Below are positions 39,071 to 52,644 of a stretch of DNA of 64,000 nt, piece after piece. The DNA comes from Eledone cirrhosa (Eukaryota). The stretch lies in assembly GCA_964016885.1 (NCBI GenBank), contig OZ024740.1:243474001-243538000 (forward strand). Reading direction: 5' to 3'. Below the pieces are notes generated by a model. The model was given only the letters and a program-made list of their open reading frames with translations. It made no database searches and had not been told where the DNA came from. How positions within the stretch are numbered: the stretch's first letter is position 1; each line of letters starts with the position of its first letter. Both the position numbers and the translations under genes were made by a program.

Positions 39071-39188
39071 TATACTTTGGGAGGGTCATGCTGCCAATAA
39101 AAACATGACCCTCCCAAAGTATAACAAAATCTGTTTCAACACACGTTTTCAGATAAGAAATCTTGCAAAACAAATACAAAAACCAAGT
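39071..39188. mobile_element. Minimal family C fold-back (20-bp arms plus tail)
   Basis: tatactttgggagggtcatg / catgaccctcccaaagtata; the tail matches 35734-35794. Confidence 0.8.
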
Positions 39189-39210
39189 GTATGTGTACAC
39201 ACACACACAG

Positions 39211-39289
<79 letters not shown>

Positions 39290-40627
39290 ATATATATATG
39301 ATTTATTGATAAATTTGTATGTATGTATCGGAGTATCTCCGCGGTTTTTCTTTCTTTTTTAGAAGTCCGTGTATTTAAGTGTACGTATAAAGATATCATG
39401 TACGCGTTTATCAATGCATGTGATATATTTATTGTATTGTGTGTGTATGTATGTATGTATGTATGTATGTATGTATGTATGTATGTATGTGTTTATGTAT
39501 TGTGTATGGTGTGACATATTACTGTTTAATCCCAGGTCATTGCTAAGATCTATGAGTGAAGGCGTTCCAACCGTGACCATCCATATTTCCTTATTTCTCA
39601 GGTACTACATTGACCACTCTCATATGCATCCCATATAGCGTTCTTTATATATGACGGTAAGCTGGGATTTGAGGGAGATTTAGCTCTTATTTCTAGCATT
39701 TTCATCGACCACATATAGGTAGTCTTGTCTCGCTTTGTGTGATATTTTGTGATACTGTGATATATGCGTGAGGGTGAGTGGTGCTGATTCCTCTTGAACC
39801 ACAATTTTCTTAGATATATAATCAAAGACAATCCTAAACCAAAAAGACATTCTTCATTTATGTGATACGAGGAAACGTAGTGCATGTGATATTACTGTAC
39901 TATACTGTGTCTTACACAGCACTATGTAGAGTATATACTACTTGATATTCTCACTGTTCAGTATTATTGTAAACAGATAGGATGATATCCTAAAAATATC
40001 GCATATCGATCCCCTTCAATACACTCCCACCCAACCCGTACACATACACACAATCTTCCGCTCCACCTCCATCGTCCCCACCATCACAACTGTTGCTACT
40101 GTTCTATATCAACACGCGGAACTGTTCAGACATTCCGGTGGTGGTCGTGTTGTTGTTGTTGTTGGTGTTGCTGTTGTTGTTGCTGTTGTTGTTTTTGTTG
40201 TTGTGGTGGTGGTGGTGTGTTGCTGCACATTTTTCTCAATGAAAACACTACGTGTGGTGACGTTTGTAATTTCCTCTAAATGGATTACTATAGTTAACAC
40301 TACAGTCGTTGTCATCATTACCATCATCGCCGCCGTCATCGTTGTTATAAACATTGTTCCCTTGCTTACCCTAATCATCATCATCGTCGGAGACATCAAC
40401 ATCATTGCTATCGTTGTCGTTGTCGTTGTCGTCGTTGTCATCGTTGTCGACATTGTCATTATCTTCATTAGAAACACTTATTGTTGTCAACATAATCTTC
40501 AGAGCATTACTAGTACTACCATAAAAGCAACCACAACCATCACTAGCGCAACTATCAACATCACCATTACCCACCAACCAAATCCATCATCTTCCTTCTA
40601 GAACCAACCAGCGCACTCAATTACATA

Positions 40628-40688
<61 letters not shown>

Positions 40689-41699
40689 GACACATACGAT
40701 GACAAGGGTATGAGTTACATACAATTCCTCCACGATATTCATTAAATAGAAGACATACTGAAGAAAGCCAAACTATACATAAACATATTTAGAGCAATGC
40801 CAGGTACCTGTTTTTGATTAAGAGAAAGCAACATCAACAACGATGTCCGAACAATGCATTAGATGCAAAATGGACTACACAGTCCTACCTAGGTGAAACC
40901 AATGTTACCACAACAAGTCACAAGTTATAAACAAAATAAAACCAGATGTTATACAACAGAACAGCTTAAACAAAGATCACGTTGTCAGCCCATCTACACA
41001 CTGTCACAGTCAGCCATCACATAACTCGTAGTGTGGTCGTAAGGGACTTATGTTTTAACATATGGTGTGTCTTGGTCTTTTTAAACCAGGTGGCACTCAT
41101 CCCTCTCCAGGCTTGACCCCTGCCAGATTCTTCTTCTTCTTCTTCTTCTCCTCCTCCTCCTCCTCCTCCTCCTTCTCCTCCTTCTCCTTCTCCTCCTCCT
41201 CCTCCTCCTCCTCCGTGATATATGATGACGATATCAGCCCCAGTAATTATTTTTTAAAGTCTACTACTTATATTATTGAACTATTAAACCTCTAAGTTAC
41301 AGAGCATAAACAAACAGTAAATGTAATTGCACACACAAACACACACACTTGCATATTTATATATAAAGGGAGAGTAAACTGCTGATATGGACATGTGAAA
41401 TACATGAAGAATGAGTGTTATTTTTACAGTTTACTCAAAGGAGGGCAGTGTCCATAACAAGTTTTCAGGATCTCCAAGACTGGTGGTAGGGTGGAAGCAA
41501 GGTCTCCTCAAACTAAAGACCAGATCCAAATACAAGCATTTGGATCTGGCTCCACTAAAACTAAAGGTATGCAACAGCTGTGTGGTGGTGCTAAACAGTA
41601 TGACAGATTAAGTCTACCACCTGAGTAGACCACAGCAGTATTTCAGAATGCAAAAATCCAGAACAAATGCTGCAAGGATTCTTCTCCAACACTAACAAT

Positions 41700-42700
41700 T
41701 TCATCAATCCACCACCTTCAGCTGGAATTTTATATTATTGACCACAAATAGATAGAAAACGAAATTCTGCTCAATGGGATTTGAAGTGTACAAAGCAAGC
41801 ATACACCTTAAATGACCTTGAAAAGGCATATGGCAATATTCCATGGGACCTGCTGTGTAGGGTTCTGCAGGAGTATGGGATCGATGGTCAGCTTCTTGTT
41901 GCTCTGATGTTCTATAGGAATGCCCCTGTATTTGTGTTCGAATAAATGGTGCTAAATCAAAACCATTCAATGTGGGAGCTGGACTCTGCCAAGGGTGTGT
42001 ACTATCACTTCTCCTGTTCATTATTTTTATGAACAGTTGGCATGCACAGCCAGGTTGGAGTGGTATCATGACTAGCAGGTGTAGAATCAGTCAACTGGAA
42101 TTTGCAGACGACATGGTGTTACTTAACACGACAGAAGGTGATCTCCAACTTGAACTTTATAGGTTTGATGGCGAGTGTCGCATGGCTGGAATGAAAATCA
42201 GTGTTGCGAAAACTGAGACATTTGTCCTGTCAAGGAAGCCTGCGCAGTGCACTTTACATATGAATGGAGTTCCACTGAAGTAGGTGGAGAACTTTGACTA
42301 TCTCAGGGCTGTGTTCATGAGTGATGGATGGCAGGAGGCTGAATTAAGTGCAAGAATTGCAGAAGCTCGTGCAGTAATGCAGCAGCTTCAGCATTTTGTA
42401 ATCAAAAGAAGGGAGGTAGGTGTAAAAGCTAAACTCGCTATCTTCAATTTGGTGTTCGTACCAACCCTTACCTATGGTTGCAAATATAAGTGGGTGAAAT
42501 GGGGTTCCTCCATAGGGATTTTGGAGTAACATTACTTGATAAAGTACGTAGCTCGAATATCAGAGAGTCATTCCAGGTAGAGTCGCTACTTCTCTGAATT
42601 GAGAGATCACAGCCAGCAGGAGACTGAGGGGTAGACTCTAAGCCAGATAGTTGGATAAATTCCATGACCAAGGCTGGTCTCACATGGGAATCCAGCTGAC
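41700..42700 (+). mobile_element. Old degraded RTE-clade LINE (different family, no PHD insert)
   Basis: GLCQGCVLSLLLFIIFM, FADDMVL, KISVAKTE and ENFDYL in broken frames. Confidence 0.8.
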
Positions 42701-44699
42701 AGAATCCACTGGAAGGAGTGTTTGAGGACTTTGCCCCCACGACCATCTTAGGAATAAGTAGGTGAAGAAGAAGAGGGACACTAGGCATACTAGATATAGA
42801 AGCAAAATCTGTCTCAAATCACATTCTACCATTTTAACAAATGACACATGATCAGAGCTGACCTGGAGCTAAACCACAACACCACCATCTCAACAGGTTC
42901 CAGTACATACATAGCTGAGAGTTTAAGAAGATTGCTTTGCGATTACAAGGTCCCAGCTTTGGCCCCACTGACCAAATCTTCAGCATGTGTGTCTCTACCA
43001 TAGCTTTGAGTCAAGCCATGCCTTGTGAGTGAAACTAAATAGAGGGAAACAGTATGGAAACTTGGCACATGGATGCTACCAGTAATTTAGAGATCCTCTT
43101 GCCTTGTAATATATTGTATCATGTTGGTTTGGCTTGAGAATTACATAAAGGTTACATATGTCTGTGGAATGCTTAGTTACATATCGATTTAGTGAGTTGA
43201 TCATTCACTTGACCAAACAACTAAATTTTCATCATCAAAACCAATGAAGGATCCAATACAGATACTTGTGAAGTAGCATTTTCGGTGTGGAACCATCTTA
43301 CAAATTTTCCCAGACTCAGTCTTCATAGTGAAGTGCTACTACCGCTCAACACAAATTACAATATGGAGCTTACTGAGGCAACCACAACAATGATAACAAC
43401 AATTGTATACAATGTCTCAAAATCCTTCCTGTATTCCTCACCCTCCTGATAAAGTTGTAGGAGTGCCATCATAACATACATCATGTCTTAGGCATTTTAA
43501 ACCTGGTGGAGCTCATCCCTCATCCAGTCTTACCAAATGTGATTTCTTCTAGACAGAAAGGCAGAGGGAGAAAGTCAGAGGGAGAGGGGGAAGGGAGAAA
43601 TACAGAGAGAAAGAGGGAGAGGGAGAAAGGCAGAGAGAGAGGGAGGGAGAAGAATTGATCCTAGTTCTTGATTGGTACTTTATTTATTAAACAAGGAGAG
43701 ATGAAAAAACAAAGTTGACCTCAGGAGGATTAGAAAGAATGCAGAGAGCTGAAATCTCTACAACATGGCATTTTATTTGATGTTCTAATGACTCAGTGAA
43801 TTCACCATCTGTTGTTGTTGTTGGACCTCCGTCAGTCCCACCAATGAGCGTTCCAGTTATATGAACAATGAAGCAGCCTACTCTTTAATGTAGTTCTTGA
43901 AGAAATTCAATGACGAGGCTGACCTTTTGACTTAGAAGTACAACTCATTTTCTGTAAGGGATAGTGCTGGTGCCATGATAAAAAGCACCTCGTCCAGCCT
44001 GAGTCATGATAAAATGCTCCCACTACATGATGTAAAATGTTTGACATTAGGAAGAGGATCCAGCTACCAAGGCAAAAACAGAGCATACATCAGAGCATAC
44101 AGTCACCTGACCAGTTTAACCTCAATACATGACAGCACACCCAACCCATGCAAGTAATAGACATTAAATGGTGATGGTGAATGGTTATAATTATAGAAGA
44201 AGGATCCAACACAGTTTATAAATCTACTAGACACAGATACAATCATATGATTGCTCTATTGTCTCAATGGTCAGAATGACAAATGTATTACTCCAAGGAT
44301 GGTGAGAGAGATGCCCCGAAAGAGCCAGTTAACCTTGCAGAGCTCATTCTTCTGGATGGCCATCCCCAGCCCAATGAAAGTGAGAAGGGAAGTTTAAAAG
44401 CTAAAGGGTTAAGCAAAACACATATAATTTGCTTTAATTTATAATCCCATTTAAACTCTGGCTTCAGATAATCACTAATTCTTTAATCTAATTTAACCCT
44501 TTTCATTGTTGTAATTCTGATTTCCATATATTAAAATATTTTGTATACCCTTAAGCTGATTATATACAGTTTAAACAGTACTCACAAGTAATTAAAATAA
44601 TTTCTTAATCTGATTTATTGCTGATCGGATAATTTATGTGTGCAGGCATGACTTTGTAGTTTAGAAGTTCTCTTTATAACCATGTAGCTTTATAAGCAT

Positions 44700-45110
44700 T
44701 CCACCCCTGTTCCCGACCCCTGTTCCCGACCCCAATGCCATACATGCAGCTTTATCTTCCACACCATCACCCTTTTCCGTCCCAGTGGCCAGTCCTTCTG
44801 GGTTAGTGTCTCCTTCAGCTGCACCTCCACCAGATTTATCTATGGGCCCCATTGTACTCTATACGGAGCTATCTACCTTGGTCAAACTGGCCATTGTCTG
44901 GCCAACAGATTTGCTGAACACCTTCGGGTTATCCAGGTTGGCAACCCGACTCCGATCTCTCGTCATTTTTTATCCACCGGCCACTCCACATGCCACCTTA
45001 GTGTTTTAGGCTCACACATTGTGTCGGACCCTCTGACTTGCGCTGGCGTAGAGAACAGCAAACCTTTCAAACCTTTACAAACCTTTCATCCCCCTAGCCT
45101 TAATGCCCCA
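44700..45110 (+). pseudogene. Penelope-like GIY-YIG endonuclease remnant (missed by the ORF track)
   Basis: Manual translation: PCSRPQCHTC...FSCTSTRFIYGPHCTLYGAIYLGQTGHCLANRFAEHLR...PISRHF. Confidence 0.8.
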
Positions 45111-45634
45111 CCCATCTTCCTATATTCTGTTCTGCCATATACTCTCTAACACACACTAAACATACTTCCTCTATCCCATGTCAAAAACTCATTAATATAT
45201 ACACTCTTACATACTAATCACAGTTAGATACTTTACACCTACACAATATAAACTTCAACATACATACACACGTTAAAATTTAATCATACACTCACACATA
45301 CATATCCATACATCTCACAGACATACACAAACACTGCCAGATACTTTACACATACACACAAAATAAACTTCAACACATACAGTACACACATTCAAAATTA
45401 CATTCTCTCACACATATAAATCTACTACCACACACCATACAAATATACGCATAACACACTAACACACACATAAACATTGATAATTTACACAATAAACCTT
45501 TAAAAATCACACACATTTAAACTTACACATACACTCACACACAATATTAACACTAATACACGCACATTTTTCTTTGCTTCCAAAATTGTTACCAAGACAA
45601 CCTAATGGTTTGTCTTGTCTACTCTCATTATTTT

Positions 45635-46050
45635 CAGCATCGGTGAATTGGCGGTGAATTGTCAGTATCGGTAGAGGGTCGGATGCCATGCTTTGACGCA
45701 TAGAGTTACGGCCCTTTCCATTCTGAGTTCAAATCCCGCTGAGGTTAACTTTGTCTTTCATCCTTACGGGGTCGATAAAATAAAGTACCAGTAATCTACT
45801 GGGTAATTGCGGGCCTTGTGCCAATAGTAGAAGCAATTATTTTCAGCATCGGTAGAGCGTCGGACATCATGCTTTTTGGCATAGAGTTACGGCCCTTTAC
45901 GTTCTGAGTTCAAATCCCTCCGAGGTTAGTTTAGTATTTTATCATTATGGTGTCGATAAAATAAAGCATCAGTGATGCACTGGGGTCAATTTAATCGACT
46001 TTCCCCTCCTCTTCAAGATGCTGGCCTTGTGCCTAAAGTAGAAACAATTA
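45635..46050 (+). mobile_element. Two tandem tRNA-like SINEs inside the PLE 3' region
   Basis: Each has cggtagag, gagttcaaatccc and the conserved core. Both are preceded by ttattttcagcatcggt. Confidence 0.8.
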
Positions 46051-46247
46051 TTTTTGTTTTTTTACTATGGACTACCATTGATTTTCTGTATCTATCCTCT
46101 GTGATCCTGTTTCTATTTTTTGTACTCCTGAAGAAGGGCTAAAGCCCAACATGTCAAACTTTCTTTCCTTTTTTCCATATAAAGCGAGAAACTAATAAGA
46201 CTTTTTGTATCTCTGTTTTGTCATTTCCTTGAAATATATATATATAG

Positions 46248-46582
46248 CAATCGAAAGGTTGTGAGTTCAATTCTCAGACCAGGTGATGTGTTGTTTCCTT
46301 GAGCAAGACACTTTATTTCACATTGCTCCAGTTTACTCAGCTGTAGAAATGAGATGATAGGGACTGGGGCCCCTATCATTCCACTGCAAAGTGGTCGTGG
46401 AGGTGCCACGGCAAAAAAAGCACCCAGCCCACACTGTAAAGTGGACGTGGAGGTGCCACGGCAAAAAAGCACCCAGCACTCACTGTAAATGAGGTTGGTG
46501 TTAGGAAGGGCATCCAGCTGTAGAAATCAAGCCAGAATCAGTTCCCGTCCCACCCTTGCAAGCAGGGAAAAGCAGACGTAGA

Positions 46583-46614
<32 letters not shown>

Positions 46615-46615
46615 A
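46248..46615 (+). mobile_element. tRNA-like SINE with RTE-shared 3' region
   Basis: B-box, ccttgagcaagacactt core, ~48-bp repeats and a tail shared with the LINE 3'UTR at 22475-22740. Confidence 0.82.
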
Positions 46616-46755
46616 AGAGAATAATAGAAGTGGATATATCTATTACACATCCATCGGAGCATGCAAACTTTTTGTTTCTTATATATATATATATATATAT
46701 ATATAGTAAAAGAGTGAAGAATAACGTGGTCGGCTGTACAATAGGGTTTATTCAA

Positions 46756-46866
46756 AGTATTAACAATTGTTTCATTAGTCCGGTGTGTCTAAAAGTCGCT
46801 GATTGCCAGAAGCTACGTCACTCCACTTTAATTACAGTTGATACCCAACCAAATCATCAAAATACT
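46756..46866 (-). ncRNA. Hammerhead-like motif with long stem II insertion (C3->U)
   Basis: Minus strand: agtatt-TTGATGA-...-GAAACAATTGTT-aatact, with a 6-bp stem I and palindromic stem III. Confidence 0.6.
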
Positions 46867-47062
46867 GATCTATGTACATGATACAGTGTGCTAGTATTTA
46901 TAGATACATGGGAGAATAACATGAAAATAACAACAACACTAATAATAATAATAATAATAATAATAGTAGAAGTAGTAGTAGTAGTAGTAGTAGTAATAGT
47001 AGTAATAGGGGCGTGTAGTAATGAGGGGATAGAGGCGTAAAATAGTAATGACAATAATATAT

Positions 47063-47273
47063 ATAATTGTTTCTACTATTGGCACAAGGCCAGCAATTAT
47101 CCCAGTGTATTACTGGTACTTTATTTTATCGACCCCGTAAGGATGAAAGGCAAAGATAACCTCAGCGGGATTTGAGGTTAACTTTGCCTTTCATCCTTAC
47201 GGGGTCGATAAAATAAAGTACCAGTAATACACTGGGATAATTGCTGGCCTTGTGCCTAAAGTAGAAACAATTA
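47063..47273. repeat. SINE 3' half present as a head-to-head palindrome
   Basis: ~100-bp inverted arms with the loop near 47164-47172. Confidence 0.9.
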
Positions 47274-50223
47274 TTATTATTATTATTAGTGTTGTTGTTG
47301 TTGTTTAAGAAAGATGTTTATTGGTTGGTTGGTTGGTTGAATTACACGAAAACTACACACACACATCTAAAGAGAGAGAGAGACAGAGAGAGTGAGGCAG
47401 AGAGAGAGAGATAGGCCGTTATACAGAGAGAGAGAGAGAGAGAGAGACAATTAAAGTGTTAGATATTCAGAGAGAGAGCGGCGTTCCACAAAAGTATCGG
47501 TTGAAGGTTTAACAATATTGCGTTAGGTTTTATAAAATAGTTTTACAGTCCATATTAACGAAGTAACACTTCAGAAGCAATGTTATGCGGTATATTGCGG
47601 TGTTTCAAATGACCTACCATAGGTTGTTTGGCTGGTCAACTTCCTTCACATTTGCACTTGCACAAGGATGTGGAGGTGAATTGGGGCTCACAAGGGAACA
47701 AGCGAAGGCTTCAAGAACATCACCTTTGTCTGTTCCCTTGTCACTTTAATTGTCTGTTCCCTTGTCACTTCTACTTTTTATGTAAGAAGCTGTCTAATGA
47801 GATCATGGCAGTGGGTACGTGGAATCGCATGGCCACTCTCGTCATTGAAATATGTATCAAGGCCTTATCAATAAAGGATTGTAACATCTGAAACTACTTC
47901 GCATTTTCTTATTCTATATATATATATAGTCTAACCTTTGTTAACAGGGAAAATAGATGTTAAATGATGATGATGTGTTTGCATGTGCGTGTGTGTGTGT
48001 TGCATGTGTGTGTGTGTGTGTGTGTGTATGTGTGTGTGTGTGTACTTTCTCAGTTGTTCACAGCTGTATATATACTTCCTCAAAAGTTCACCTCTGTATA
48101 TCCCTAACTGTTCATGCTTGTATGAGCCACTTTCTTTTCTGTAATTAATTATTGTCGTTGATCTTCAGTCATCCCTTTCTACCCGAACAACCAATCCTAA
48201 TACACATAATTCTTACACTCTTTCACCATTTTCCTCTTCCACCTTTTACATATTTCAAGGAACCATTTTCCTCTTCCACCTTTTACATATTTCAAGGAAC
48301 CATTTTCCTCTTCCACCTTTTAAATATTTCAAGAATAGACTGTGGAATGGAACTAACCAAAGTAGGAACCTCTTCATAGTCATTTGATTCTCTAGAAATA
48401 ACAAATGAATCTCATTCAAATTGAACACTGCCATCTTGAAAAGAACAGGGAGAGACACATTGGATAATGTACTCCCAGATATGCAAAAAACAGTAACAGA
48501 ATGGCTTACAACTGGTACATCAGCAATCATAGATCTGTTCAATTGTCGTTGACCTGGAGCTAAAGCATGGTAACAACAACAACAACAACAACAAACTGTT
48601 GATAATTTCTCAGTATCTGTTGCTACATCTCTTGCGCATGTTTTGTTTTACCTTCATGGAATCAGACTATTATTAATTATTCATATTTGCTTTCAGTAAT
48701 TATTTTCAATAATCAAATCTGGCATCTGGCCGTTGTAGTTATCTTCACCTATTATTATTATTATTATTATTATTATTATCATTATTATCATTATTATCAT
48801 TATTACAATGGTCTTATTTTTATTGCGTGCTTTCACTGCACAACTGAGCACACCTCTGCATGCCTTGAGTATGTGCAATGTTTTGTTTTTCTATTGTTTC
48901 TATTGTATTGAATGTACTCTACATAATGTATGTGTGCAGTGTTTAGTAGTGCTATTATATGGATTTATGACATAGGCACAAGGTCAAACATTTTGGGGAA
49001 GGGAACATTCAATTATATTGAGCAAATGTTTGATTGGTTCTTTATATTATCAATCCTGGAAGAATGAAAGGCAAAGTTGGCTTCAGCAGGATCTAATCTC
49101 AGAATGTAAAGATCCAGAACAAATATTGGAAAGCAGTATCTGTTCCAGCTCTTTCTGTTCAGAGTTCCAACTCCACCTAGTTACCAATGGTCAGGGCTAA
49201 CCTCCCAACCTTTAGAGCACCTTTTTTACCATGTATACAGGTAGGCCTAAAACAAACATAGCTGATGAGGATTCTTCCTACAGTGGATTGATAAAGTCTA
49301 CTTTATCTGTTAGCCTGCCTCAATCCCACTACAGCTTTTGTGTATTCCTGTTTTATATTGTGTACATTGTATAGAGTTCTTACTCCTTTTCTACAAATCA
49401 AGCATGGCTACTTTCCTGGTGAGTCCAGCATCCTGTCTTCATATTCTGATTATGTTATCCCAATAGAGATATTGAGTTCTGGTAATTACCCAATAAAGCC
49501 TTGTTTTTATCAAGTATTTCTTATGGTCATTAGAGTAGTGGATAAGCAGAATCGATACTGTTGAACAAAATACCTTGTGGTATTTTTTCTGGTTCTTTAC
49601 ACTCTGAGTTCACATATTGCTGATGTCAACCTTTTCTTTCATCCTTCTAGACCTGAGAAAATAAAAATACAAGTGAAGTACTGGGGTCAATTTAATTGAG
49701 AGTTAATGTGTTGGACTTACAATCATAATGTTATAGGTTCAATTCTTGGACTTGGTGGTACATTGTGTTCTTGAGCAGGTTTTAACCTGCAATAGACTTG
49801 CAGGGAGGGAGTCTTGTACTCTCAGTCACTTACCAATGAAACTGCAATAAGCACCAGCCTGATGAGCCACTGGGCTTGAAACAAACTAACCTTTTTTTAA
49901 ATCTTTGCAATGATGTAGCATGCTACATCGAGCCCAAATCCATGACTAACATATATTGTACTCCTGATAAGGTTTCTAAGGGCTACTAGAAATGGCTGAT
50001 TCTGTCTTAGAACTAATATTCAAATAAAAGTAATTGAACTCTTTGTTACAGTATGTATTGAGTAGTAGACTTCTGAGTTATTTGACTTAGATCTCCATCT
50101 CTCTCTACAAACATATTTTCATCTGTATACAGATTTTCTCTATTGTAATTAGACACCTGTATTCACACTTCCTAATCTGTACACATCTGTTTACATACTT
50201 TTTCAATTGTTCACATCTATCTA

Positions 50224-50269
<46 letters not shown>

Positions 50270-52079
50270 GAGGACAGTACCTCTGATTAAATATTTACTT
50301 GGTCTGTAATGACCCGATCAACCCATGCTAACATGGTTTAACAGATGTAAAACAAAGATGATGTATATATATATTATATTCTTTTACTTGTTTAAACCAT
50401 TAAAGTATTGCCAAACTAGAAGGGAATTCAATCATTCAATCCCAGTACTTATTTTTTAAAGTGGGTTACTTATATTTCAATGTCTTTTTGCTAAACTACG
50501 GGGCAGAAACAAACAGTAAATGTAAACGCAGACATAAGGATACACACACACACACACACAGACACACACACAGACACACACACACACACACACGCACACG
50601 CACACGCACACACACACACGGACACACACGGACACACACAGACACACATACAGACACACACACACACACACACACACGCACATACACACACACACACACA
50701 TACACACACACACATACACACACACACACCTATATTTTTAGAGAGAGAGTGAATGAGAAATATGTATATATAGAGAGAGGGAGGAAGAAGAAGATAGAGA
50801 AAAAGGGAGAAAAGGCAATATAAAGAGAGAAAGAATGTGTGTATGTGTGCAGTTGTGCGTAAATATGTGTATCTTTTGTTGATGAATGTTAGTGCAAGTT
50901 AAGGTATAAGAGATATCAGATGTCACGTGTAAGAAAGCTGACTGCGCTGGTACTGACACCTGATGGATATATATATGACAATGTCTAGGTGAAGAAGTAC
51001 CAGGAGTTTGAGTTCTAAGTAGAAGGCAGTCGAGGAAATCCAAACAGAAGTGGTGACAGTTGATTTCAGGATACTGAACCTTACAAAGGAGATAACAAAG
51101 GAATGTGACAGGTGGAGGAAAGCTGTACTGGAGAGGACTCATCCAATCTATGCAAAATTGGGCATAAAACTGATGGTGATGATAATTATGATGATAAACA
51201 AGATTTTAGAGGGGGTTTAGTAAAATAAAAAGGCATTGTTCATGGGTCCAAGGGATCATATAATGAGGTCAGGCCTGAATCTTCATGATTAAAAATCAAC
51301 TTTTTTACCACACAGCCACAAAGCCTGAGATTTTGTTTGTGATTTAAAATTATCTAAGGACACTGTAGTCTGGCAAGTAAACATCAAAAAAATAAAGTGA
51401 AGTTAAAATGGGGAATTTTTCTTTCAGAACATATCAAGTGAGGATATTTTTATACCATTGGAAGTTTGAAGACTTGTCAGAAGAATCCTGGATCATTAGA
51501 AGATTAAGGGCCATTCAGAAGCCTAAACCTCCAAATGCCATGGTATTCATCTCTCTTCTGAATCTTAAAACTTAAAGAACCAAAGTTCAAAGTCTAAACC
51601 GGTAAGTCTATGTTCCTTATTATAAGTCCGGTGACATGAAATGAAGGGTTTATAGTATTTGGAGCTAGGTCCTTCATTACAGAAGAAACTGTTAATTATG
51701 TATTATATTGCGTTACAGTTGAAAACAACTAGCAGTATGTTGGTATAGCAGTTGTTACTGTGTTGGCATAGTTCTATAAGAGTATGAGGAGTCAAATAAC
51801 TACAAGTTGAAACATCCAAGGACCTTGTTATCACAAACAATTATAATAAAATACCTTGGTCGACATGTTTGTTGCTTCGTACTTGCTGTGATAGGCTTCT
51901 GGCATCCATGGTATGAATAAATGTCCCTTTAATACTCAATTCTCTATAAATATAAATTTATTGTTGAAAGCATTTCTATACACACAATAGAATATCTTGT
52001 ATAGCAGATAGGCCATAGAAGAACAATTGAGGAAATGTAGAACATGGTTTGTTGATAACTGTTCTACTCCTCCTAACAG

Positions 52080-52253
52080 GATTATAAGAGGATTATAGTA
52101 GGAGTTATCCAGTAGTAGGTCTTTTCATCTTCCTGGTCTGGTTTCCTCTCTAATCGTGTATAGTGGTGTTCAAGCGGAGGCGACAATGTATTCATATGCG
52201 ACTTACCATTGGTCTGTTTAACCAAATTGCATATGAAATGTTGCTGTTGCAAG
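52080..52253 (+). other. Candidate host exon
   Basis: ttctactcctcctaacag| acceptor and CAAG|GTATGT donor. The ATG at 52196 stays open to the donor (MRLTIGLFNQIAYEMLLLQ). Confidence 0.25.
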
Positions 52254-52644
52254 GTATGTCGTAGTTCCACTACAGTTCTTTTTCTAGCGAGTTAAACAAT
52301 CATATAGTTTGTCAGTTTATTATTTTAAAATGCCATTAGTATGTCTTGTTTTAAATTTACACTGGTCTAAAAACCAGTGTTATTGTATATGTTGTGTACT
52401 TTTGCTCTTCTAACTTAGCAGTTTGGCAAATATAGATTGATAAAATTAGTGCCAGACTAAAATAAAATTCTTTAAAGACATGCCCTAGCATGGCCACGGT
52501 GTAATAACTGAAACCAGTAAAAGAATAGACAGGTACATGGTTAAATTGCTAGAATGTCAGACAAAATATTTTGTGGTATATGGTTATGACCCTATATGCT
52601 CTGAGTTCAAATCACACTATGGCTGCATTTCATTCTCTTTGGGT

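Noticed and set aside
45660-45745. tRNA genes
   Set aside because: The A/B boxes belong to SINE heads; no complete cloverleaf was found.
49970-50010. CTGATAA...GAAATGG hammerhead-like motif (similar weak motif near 57890-57930 on -)
   Set aside because: The stems do not pair convincingly; too decayed to call.
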